From Balanoglossus misakiensis (Eukaryota > Animalia > Hemichordata), in NCBI GenBank assembly GCA_040954595.2, contig CM082592.2, positions 7,613,677 to 7,677,676 on the forward strand: a DNA stretch of 64,000 nucleotides, given 5' to 3'. Both the position numbers and the translations under genes were made by a program. Below, in pieces: positions 39,087-49,938 of this stretch. Every line of letters starts with the position of its first letter. The stretch's first letter is position 1. The notes under the pieces are model-generated. The model worked only from the letters and a program-made list of their open reading frames with translations. It was not told the origin of the DNA and did no database searches.

Positions 39087-41597
39087 TTACTGCGAAGCAA
39101 CCTGTCCGCCCAGGGCCCGGAGAAGTAGTGAGTAGACGGCAAACGTGACCGCATTCACCGGAAACCCCCGGATACAGTTGATGGACACGCCCGTCCAAAA
39201 CACGCGTAGTCCGCCCGTCCGGTAGCTGTCCGCGAAACAGTGCAGCACTCCGCGGTACCTCGCGCTGGCCACGCCGTCGGCCTGCAGTCGGCTCTTGACG
39301 ACGTCCAGGGGGTTGATGACGACCCAGGAGGCCGACCCGGCCAACCCTCCGGCCAGAAGCAACGCCAGAGTACCCGGGTGGCTCTTGCCTTCCGGCGTGA
39401 AATGCCGGCACAGCACCTCGTAGCCCAGGAAGTAGATGCCAAACGCCGGCGTGTCTCGGAATACCATCACAGGCAGACCCCTGTAGCAGCCGCGGATTCC
39501 TTCGGCTTTGAAGATGCTTGCGATGCAGTGAACTGGCCCGCTGTATCTTGGTGTAACTTCGCCGAGGGGAGACGCACCTGAAACAAAATTGTGTACAACA
39601 GACTAGCACTCCAGATTATCTACAGCCACTGGACACCAACTGAGATGAAATCACACGTCAAACAAAGGACCTAGACAGTATTAAAACTGAGGCATAGTGC
39701 AAGAACAAAATTACCTTATGTGGATTAGGCTGTGGAAATCACAAGTAACCGGTTGTGAATTCCAACAAAACTGCCGGGGTTACCGTAATCTTCACCCGGA
39801 GATGGTGCCCCATTGATATTCGTGTGCTGATCTCTTAAGGATGTACGTGCACTACAAGTGCATGGAATTTGTCTCTTCCCATAGGGACTTTTTTTCACAG
39901 GGAGTCAGTGTGGAGTAATCTTTGAAAGGCTGGGGTGTGGTGTGGTGTGGTGTACAAGTGCCATATGAAATACTGGCAATGTATTGTACAAAATAACATC
40001 GCATTGCACTTATGCAGAGTGCCGCGCACTGCAATGGTTGATGTGTGGTAAAGCATGATCATAGAGATCTTTACATCTTTACATGTATATGTTTGTACAG
40101 CTATCTTAACATCACTTTACGTGGTACCAACTTGAAATGAGAACCCTCTTATAAAATGTAACCCCCCCCCTCCCCATTTCCCTCTGTAGAGGTCCTAATT
40201 TACCATATCAAACAAGGAAATACATCTAGGAGATATAAACATGCATATCAGCATTCCTGAACAAGTTCTAGCGCACAAAGATTATAGTCTTAGCAACAAG
40301 TCTTCCTGAAGTTATTGTACATAGTGCCAAAAGATTGAACACTGGTCCAGCATCAGCATCCAGGCATGCAATACGCACACAGGGATAAATTTCTCTGAAG
40401 GTTTGTTTGGGAAAGCAACCAGGTTGTGAAATACACACACGCAATACAACACACGTTCATTTACCTCTGCCGTGAGTCTGCATCTGCAGGCGAATCTTGA
40501 CCAGCTCCACAGGACATGCAATGCTGAGCTGAACGAAACCAGCTACAGACCCGGCAATGAAGATGTCCGTCTTGGTGGCGGGTTTGTTGGCTGCCTCGTG
40601 CCGCCACGCTGAAAGTCTGTGGAGGGTGTTGCCATAGACACCGAAAATGACCGCATTCTGGACACAAATTGTGGCCAGGGGGAAACCCATTCCTTTGTAA
40701 AAGCCAAAAATCTGCAAGTGTGCGGAGAAAATGGTGTGAACAGTAAGAAAACATGTAATTATTGTGCTATTGGAATACCACAACATGTAATAACATTTCT
40801 GACTATTTACGGTAGGAATGACATGACATTGGTTGTTATGTAGAGAAGTACTTACCGATTCATGACGTATTGTTTTATAAATGCAGTCGAAAATGCCCTT
40901 ATATTGCACTGTGCCAAGGCTCTGTGCTTGCAGTCTGACCTGCAAGGAAAGCGACATTTTTAAATGTACAGGGGTGCATGCAGCTAAGTTGACGGAAATG
41001 GTTTCACATTTGGCCACTCCTCGCAACAAAGGAGTAAAGTGAAATGGTCATGTACTGATGGGCTCACATCTGTACATGACCATTGTGTCATATTATCATA
41101 AAACCCACCTTAATTGTATCCAGTGGATGCCCTACTATGATACCAGCTCCTCCTGCAAATGGAGAAAGAAATGGCATTGAATGGAATTTAATATTATGAT
41201 GAAAATATCAATATTATTTTCGGGGCAATTTTCCCATTTTTAGTCAAAAACTCGCTTTTTCAGTTGCGTTTGCTTTGCTTTATAATTTCTTAACAATTTG
41301 GCTTGGCTTGCAACTTGTATGCGTGCATCAATAATCCTACCCTACCCCCCCCCCCCCCCCATAAAGCAAATGGTTCTCCCCTTCCCAGAATGCAACTGAC
41401 GGGACAGGCTGGAAAATGGGTCCCTCTTCACGTACACGTATCCCTGACTGTCCAGATCATTGTTATCTGGACTTTAGCGAAACCTCCCCGGGTTTAGGCC
41501 GTCGGGATAACAGGCTGCAAATCAGGAAAAGAGATGAGCTCTCTTTTTACTTACCGCCCACAAGCCCTGCGATGAAATCTGCCCACAAAAACACCAT
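39087..41597 (-). CDS. SLC25A45: Mitochondrial carrier, SLC25A45/A48/A29 group, isoform A (shared exons 1-4 plus terminal exon A, 302 aa)
   Basis: Shared exons 41555-41597, 41109-41152, 40856-40939 and 40465-40711 (DFIAG, GHPLDTIKVRLQ, GFYKGMGFPL, CPVELVKIRLQ; ends phase 1), then exon A 39087-39577 (RD, NPLDVVKSRLQ, INCIRGFPVNAVTF). Exact orthologue within the A45/A48/A29 group is uncertain. Confidence 0.85.
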
Positions 41598-41777
41598 TTT
41601 CTCCGGGATTCGTTACCTCGTCTGGGCCAAATGCATAGCGTGTACAACACACAACGGGCAGTGTATGGTTCGATCGCGATCGCGTTGTTCCACGACGCCA
41701 CATCAACTCTGTGATCATGCAGTCGACATTGACGGGCTACGGGCCGGTGTCTGGACAGGTGTTGCACTCACCTTTGC

Positions 41778-41882
41778 CCTTATATATCTACCTAAAATTC
41801 ATTAATAAATGACGACGTGACACAACACACATGTGTTAGCGCGCCGCCAGTGGTGGGAAAGACAGCAAAAGCTGTCACGTGA
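41778..41882 (-). promoter_or_regulatory. SLC25 gene core promoter (TATA box and E-box)
   Basis: TATATAAG on - at about 41779-41786; GTCACGTGA E-box at about 41874-41882; about 190-280 bp upstream of the ATG. Confidence 0.5.
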
Positions 41883-42678
41883 TTTCCTTTAAAAGAATGT
41901 CGAGGGCCTACAAACAACTTTTTTGCAATTTGGTCACATTTTCGTTTAACAATGTTATTCTGATCATCATGGACGAAAAGTTATGGTTCAGTTGTAGTTG
42001 CTGTTGTCAATAAGTGTCCATGTATGTTCCTATATTGGATTTGGTTTGCGAATTGCAAGAAATCCTACTGTTTGCACACATACAGACAAACACAGAAACA
42101 CATTTAATGTTCAGTAACCATTTTATTTCTGCCTTTTATTAAAAGTCCAATCACTTATATAACCCACATGTCAAGATTTCCATGATATTTAGTGTATCTC
42201 AATGAATTGACCACACATGTTCAATAGATCTACTCCGGGGAAAAAACGAAAGCAACCTACTGCATTATGTGATACTGAGAAATATACAATGTTCTTTTAA
42301 GTACAAATGTGCCCTTCTAACCCATTAACCACAATGGTTTGGGCCAAACCCAAGCAATATGTCCCAACGTGTGTGTGATTCAGAAAATAACCCCAAACAA
42401 CGCAGCGAAAGGATGCATCTGTTTAAGATAAACAATGAATGAAACATGCTGGTATATCGCATGCACCTTAAAACGCTCTCATTTGCCAGGAATTGTGTGA
42501 TCATGGCAGACGTAATCAAAATGATTTTTAAATTTACAATATCTAAGCCTCTGAGATATAATCTCCTGGTTGATTATTTTCGCCAACACTGAAGGCATAT
42601 CTAAGTTTCATTTTTACTTATAAAAGTCATAATTCCAAATTTGGGATTTGACATTTCTACAAATACATGTATAAAGCT

Positions 42679-44607
42679 TCACTGTCCCATGGCTGACAGA
42701 CTCTTGTCCATAAATTTCCTTTTCACAAAGCACATCCACCACTGAAAAAGAAGAAGTATACAGCGTAATTAATTAATGGTTATTTCCTGCAGAAGCTCAA
42801 AACTTTTATGCTCTATAAACTTTCAGTAGTATAAAAAACATTGTAAACTCTACCTTGGAAGGTTTGTCTGTAGTTTTGTCAAAGACCTTGTCGCACATTC
42901 TAAGTCCTGTCTCTTGACGTATCTGCTGTAGATAGTTTCTCATTGCATCTGAAAGAAAGAAAACTGACATTTATCCATTTGTTTTGTCCAAATCATCAGA
43001 TTCAAGGACTCTGTAGAATTTGTGATGCCCATGTGGTTCAAGCTTGCAATGATGTCTAGGGCTTAATGACTGGGGAGCAAGGCAGGAAAACAGGCAGGTA
43101 TGGTACATACTATAGATATATTCAGTTTTTATAGCATTAACAATCATTACAGCCAGTCTACTATCTACATCACACTGGCCAGACAGACAGTCTGATGGTT
43201 AACTACATTGATGTTCCCAGAATATTGAACAATTGAACAAAGATGTGAACACAGTCTGCAAGATTACATTACCTTGTTCTGCTCTGCCGTTGGGTGTAAC
43301 ATAAACCGCATTTAATGGAAATCCAGGTTCTCCGGGAATATCCCACTTGTTTATGGCCAGAGTGTGCATTTCCTTTTCGCCCGCATTCTTTGACTGACAC
43401 TGTAAAAAATCCACATTTTGTCATTTCACCATTTACACTGTAAAGTATTCAAAGCAAATGTGGGAAGTTTGACGCTATACTTGACATGTCTATATCAAGA
43501 AGGTAATGGAGAATGCTGTTATATGGAATACAAACCCTCTGTAACTTTTTCAAACATTCCGTGATGTAAAGAGTGATGTAGATGAGAGTTCTATCGGCGT
43601 GAGTCTGCAAACAGAAACAAGGGAGATTTTAAAAATACATAACAATGTACACTGTATAATGGTTTATCATGTCTCACACAGAATAATTACGTCCAACAAA
43701 GTCTTTCCTGTACACATGTAATTGCCAATGAACAATATCTTCCAAATAATTAACAACCAACACTTACCTTCACTTCATAATTTTTAAAGAAGACATTGGC
43801 CTTGAAATAATGAATGGCTTCATCGATGATGTCAGACTCAGTGGCTGTAAAAAGTAGTAGTTCTGATTTATATATTAGCTCAAAAACCTGCAAAAATTTC
43901 ATGATTTCCACAACCAACAAAACACAGTACTTTTGATCAGAAATCGTGAACACTATATGTCTATTTGAAGCCCGCACTCTGAATATGAACCCACCTTTAG
44001 GTGCTGGTCCTCTAAACTGAGTTCTCAGTGGTAAAAGCGCCATATTACCCAAACTCTGGGGCGCATCGAAAGATGAATGATATGCCTACAAAATAAATCA
44101 GTACAGGTATGTCAGGTGAAATGCACATTATAAGTTTCACATAAAACAAGTGACAATAGTCAACATCATTCTGCATTTGCCAAATTATAATATTTGTAAT
44201 TAGTGAGTGGTGTATGTCACCATGTCTTGAACTTTGTAGTCACTCCCCCTTCCCCTGACCCAGCTGCCCCACCCACCATCCAAGTAGCTTTGCAATTCCG
44301 ATCTATGAAAGGGCACCTTTACAAAAAGCACCAAACCCCTGGGGAACGAATGATATGTTGGTGCACCGCACAGAACCTTTCCCCTGCCATTAGACATGCA
44401 CTGTGAACGGACATCACATCATATTCTCTAACTCGGAAGTTGAATGTACATTTGGAGGTTTCATCAATGCAGGAAGTTAGTCAGAAATAACCTGTCATAG
44501 GCGATCTGGTCTATCGATATTGTTCTTGCCATAAAATACAGTAAAGGGTAACTTAATGCACTCATCAGTCACGAAAAATTGTACGTCAAACGATAATTTA
44601 CCGGCAT
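42679..44607 (-). CDS. ARPC3: Actin-related protein 2/3 complex subunit 3 (p21-Arc)
   Basis: MP| micro coding exon 44602-44607, then AYHSSF...[88 protein letters not shown]; stop at 42679-42681. Confidence 0.97.
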
Positions 44608-45237
44608 TTTTCTTGTTATATTGAGGTACCAGTGAGCTGTAGAAACAGGAAGTTACTTTCTGAATCGAAGCGACTCGCCTAGTCACGTGATTTTAGCCCT
44701 CTAAGACACTCTTTTTTCCTTAAAAGGTTACAAGCGCTTGGGTCATTATTTTGTTTTAATTGCGTTACTATTCATGCTCTTTGATGTGTTTTTGTTTTAA
44801 AATTACATTATAAGTAATGAATGTAAAACTATGCATTTTATCCTCCGATATACCTGACCTCTAACTACGTAGTTATATTTTGAGTATCTTGGAGGGTCTT
44901 TATGACTCCAACATGGCCGCCTCCTGTACAAGTTGAGCCTTCGTTGTGTGATGTTCTGTTTCAAGGGACTATAGGGCACGTGAAAAGTCTTTCCGAACAG
45001 GTAATCTTCGGTAACTAGCAAATTCTGATTCTGCACCGTTCGTGGCAAGTTACTGGACACCGTACTCGACGTCCGCAGCGCGCTCGAGCGTCCGCGACAA
45101 CTTGGCCAATGCAGTGGCTGCGCTGCGCCATACACAACACGCATACACACGTACCACAGCCGTGTAAGCAACGCACAGCTCCCACGCGACCGTGTACTGT
45201 ACTGTAAACTGAGGAGTGTGCAAATCCATCAGGTACC

Positions 45238-45306
45238 ATGCCAAGATACGCGCAACTTGTAATGGGCCCAGCAGGCAGTGGCAAGGTATGTAAAATCAAG
45301 TATTTG

Positions 45307-45359
<53 letters not shown>

Positions 45360-47106
45360 TAGTAACATGTCACCGAGGACACCATATTGCCACATTATGA
45401 GTGCGGGCACACTGTATGTTTACTTATTTGGTTTGTGTCCATTTATCTCTAGTCCACCTACTGCTCTACAATACTGCAGCACTGTCAGGCAATACACAGA
45501 ACAGTTCATGTTGTTAACCTGGACCCGGCAGCTGAATATTTCAACTATCCAGCTCTAGCAGGTTTGTTCATGTTCTTGAATTGATGGGTTAGAGAGGGAG
45601 AGAGATTTCTCAACGAACTGGCTTTGAATGACCCAGATAACCACTTCCGACACATTGTTATTCGCAGATATCCGGGATTTGATACAGCTGGATGATGTGA
45701 TGGAAGATGACAGTTTGAAATTTGGCCCCAATGGTGGCCTGGTCTTCAGCATGGAGTAAGTCAATATTTGTACAACAGATTTGAATTTTGCAGACAATTT
45801 TAGACAACGGGATGGTTTTCCACCTGCTCTTACAAACGTAGTTTGACATTTTGAACCCAGATACCGCAAACCCTGAACAGGGTATAAAGGGGTGCACCTT
45901 ATATCACTAGACTTTGACTGACTATGCTGTGTGTCTGTTGATTTCTAACACAGGTATTTTGCACAGAACTTGGACTGGCTTGAGGAACAATTGGGTGAAA
46001 TGGAAGATGATTACATTATATTTGATTGTCCAGGTCAGTAAGAGTGCTCCCACAAAAACTGACTGATCTAAGGCTGTGATGAGAATTTTGGTTTTAAATA
46101 AATAGTTTTCTGTGGTAAAGTTGGACCTCCACAGAGGGAAATTGAGATGATGTCAAAAGATATCAACTTTGTCTCTTTCACGTATGACATACAATGTAGC
46201 AATTCTCATAGCTGTCCTACAGTAGATATTCTATAGCCTTTCGTTTACCTTGTGTGAAGCTAGCTGAAATAATATCATTGTGTTTCTCCCCACAGGTCAA
46301 ATAGAGCTCTACACTCATTTACCGGTGATGCGACAACTGGTCGATCAGCTGCAACAGTGGGATTTCAGAGTCTGCGGTGTCTTCCTGGTTGATTCACAGT
46401 TTCTGGTGGAAACGCCCAAATTCTTTTCAGGTAGGCAGCAAGAGTTGTGCATGTGCAAAAAAAGGTGGACAGAACTTCATGCCTGAAGAGATTTCAGATC
46501 CTGTGTAAATTGTTCTAAATCCTCCTCAGAATGCACAACTTTCCGGATGAAAGTACAAAAAATGATTGTACGTTTTTTTGCCCCAATACAGGAATTCTGA
46601 CAGCACTCTCCACAATGGTAAATTTGGAAATCCCCCACGTCAATGTGATGACCAAGATGGATTTGTTGAGTGGCAGCGTCAAGAAGGAAATTGAGGAGCG
46701 GTACCTCGATCCCGACCCGGAACAGCTGCTGGCCGAATCTGACCACCTCTCAAAGAAGTACAAGAAGCTCAACAAAGCCTTGGCCACCTTGGTGAGTTCT
46801 CGCTCCTGTACCGAAAGTTGGGCTGTGATTTGAACACTTCCACTACTATGAGACTTGTGCACTGAAAATTGCTCACAAACCCAACTTCACTGAATAGTCA
46901 TTCTGTCTTCTCGTCTCTTCCAGATATCAGACTACAGTCTTGTCAAATTTTTCCCGTTCGACAGAACTGACGAGGACTCGATAAACTGTGTGCTGTGTAA
47001 CATAGACAATGCGATACAGTACGGGGAAGATTTGGAACCCAAGGAGCCTCGTGACCTAGAGAATGAGGAGGATGAGGGAGGAGATGATGCCGGATTTTTT
47101 GAATAA
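45238..47106 (+). CDS. GPN3: GPN-loop GTPase 3
   Basis: [16 protein letters not shown]|[20 protein letters not shown] (GPN loop), [41 protein letters not shown]; stop at 47104-47106. Confidence 0.97.
45307..45359. repeat. (GAT)n microsatellite in GPN3 intron 1
   Basis: About 17 perfect units; this is the source of the spurious poly-His ORF. Confidence 0.95.
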
Positions 47107-49020
47107 ATATTTTTTCTTCGTTTAGAAAGGAAGTACAGCTTTCTCAGTGAAAGCTGTTTGAGTTTTAAGACAGCGTTACGGGTATGATGTAATGTCAAGG
47201 TCACTGCCACCCTGACATGATTGCAGTTTGAAGAATGGAATCAGCAAGCGTAATCCATTCACAGCTGTCATCCTGCAGTAGTCTTTGTCCCCACAGAGGG
47301 TGTATATGTGCTACAATAGCTCTGGCTTGGAAAGAATTGAATGTCAATTCTCAGAGAAGTGGCCACTGGTGGCACTGTTCATCTACCTGAGTAAACCAGT
47401 AGTGGGGCAACAGGTTGCAAGACCCGAAAGTGCTTGGATTCAACATCATGGAGGCTGAGGAGTATTGAAGAACTGTTGGTGAACACAGCTACTCAAGTTG
47501 GTTGTTTAGAAGATCATGCATCCAATCACAAGACTACTTGTTTCATCAGAAGCCTACTTAGTCTAACATAGCATGATGTCGACCCGAGGACTAAAGTTTT
47601 GCTTTATATTGTCAGGTTTATAGGATTTATAGGATCTCTTTTATCGTATACGATAAACAATATTTTAATCATGTCTCTGTCGTGCGCATTTACTGCCATG
47701 CATAGCGCTACATCAACATTTCTTTGGCTGTCATATCATAAATAATTTGTGGAAAATTCCTTGGGAGAACACAATCCAACATCCGCAAGGCAGACTTCAG
47801 TGTTTGCTCACACTCGCATTTTGCTTCATACAAATCATGCCATTACAATCCACTTGCATTTTGTGGGATTGGAACCCAGACCACCTGCACCAATACACGT
47901 AGCAAGCAAGCAAGTCCGCGCACAACCCATATCCTCAAAAGAGGATGTATCAATGGCCCAGAGGAGTCTTCAGTGAATAAATCCCTTCAGAAATATACTA
48001 CCGGTAGTGAACACAAGAGACAATCACTCGCAAGGATCACTGAATGAGATTTTATTGCAAATATTTATTATCCAATATCTATTTATGCAACAAGTTTTAT
48101 TAGGAAAGGAAACCGAAACTGGACAAATAATGTAATCATACCTCATCTTTCCTGAAACCAGGAAAAAAAAAATAACTACATACATGGGAACCGTGTTTTC
48201 ATCAAGTTTTTCTCTTTTGTCAATATGACTGCTAAACAAATACATGTGTTTTTTTATATTTCCCATAACTTTAAAAACTGTTCGTACATCTAATTACATC
48301 ACGTATTCAAAATACGAAGCTCTTGTCAATGACTCTGTACTGGTGGGTCTGGCCACCTGCACAGCAAGAAATACACTTAAGTTTTACTCTTCTCGTATCT
48401 CACACTAAAAAGAGAAAACCTATTCAAGGAGACTACATCACACTCAGCCTTTTTTTATTCATTTTTTTTTAATTCTGGAAAAAATAAGGCCATAATATGC
48501 AAACCTCCCTTGAGGCGAGCAGTATGAACAAGAAAGGTCCATTTTTTTTCAGTTTTAGATTTTTTAAAGAAACGGTAAACCTGTTGTGAAGAAATTTGGT
48601 GTGAGGATTTAAAAGTATCTTTTCAACACTGATGTCTTTATAAGCTACTTTGGAGAACAGTCACGACTACAGTCAGTCATGCTAGTATTAAAATCTCAGA
48701 AGACTTCTAGAGAAAACGTGAGGGTGTAGTACATATCTGCTCCAAAATTAACAAAGCTGAGATGTTTAAATTAATAGCATGGTTTCAACAGTGGATAAAG
48801 CTCATGAATTAAAATACAATTTCTTTGCTGTTTCAGTTCCCAAAACAGACCATACAAGTCGACTCAAGACCAATCCTTAAAAAAATGTGTGTATGCAAAA
48901 GAGGAAAGGGGGAAAACATGAAAGTCCAAAAATTTGATCTTTTGCGAGAGTACCGAGTTGACCGCTACACAATTGGTACATATACATTTGTACTCCCAAT
49001 GACATGACAATCGCGTAATC

Positions 49021-49052
<32 letters not shown>

Positions 49053-49938
49053 ATTTCATATTGTCTGGCAAACTTTGAACATAACAAACTTGATGATGGG
49101 GAAACTGATAGTGTTTTTTTATTGAGTTTAAAAGCTTTCATCAACTACAGATTCTGCTTTACCACTTGAGAATACAGTTATCTAAACAAATTGCTTCAGA
49201 ATATTTTTTTTACCAGACTCATCCAAATGAATTATCCGTGACAAAAAAAGACATACTAAACTAATTTTTACACTGTAAATGTGACAACTTGACAATTTCT
49301 GTAGAAAGATGCCTGCCTGTTTCACACAAGTCGGGAAGACAAGGCATCTTTTAGCCCACGGGAGATAATCGGTGTACAGACATAAATTCTCCACAAAATC
49401 ATGTCCACTGAAGGTACTTGTGAGAGAGAGAAAAAAGATTGACATCTGAAATTTTTTTGTGGAGGAATCAAAAGATTTCCACAACTCTACACTAAAGATG
49501 TATGCACAATTTCGACCGAAGAAAAACAATTTACTCTATCTGCTAACTCACTCAGGACTGCCATTGCAAAATAAGGGCAGTAAAAGACCCAACACTTTGA
49601 TAAAAACTGCTATGAAACAACTCTATCAAAAACCAGCAAACTGGCTGTGAGTAAACTAGCTATGGATGAGAACGATCGAGTCTTTGGATGAACTGTGTGT
49701 GTGTGTGTGTGTACCGTCAATTTACAATGAAAGTTAAATAAATGGAAGAACATGAGGCAAGATGGAAAAAAAGGGGGGCGAAAAATGGACAAACCACTAC
49801 TCCACCTAACTACACTGAGAAAGTTGTCACCTAAACACTAACACTGATTTATCAACCCTTTCTATAATCCAAAGTTGAAATAATAATTTTTGCATGTACT
49901 TAAGAGACCCTAATATGGACTCAGTCCCCGGGGGCATC

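Noticed and set aside
45015-45410. Poly-histidine ORF
   Set aside because: It is the antisense reading of a (GAT)n microsatellite in GPN3 intron 1.
49022-49052. Long C/G homopolymer runs (also near 1685, 11192, 12189, 15161, 23937, 41345, 61283)
   Set aside because: Scattered simple repeats with no shared context; lengths may be unreliable in the assembly.
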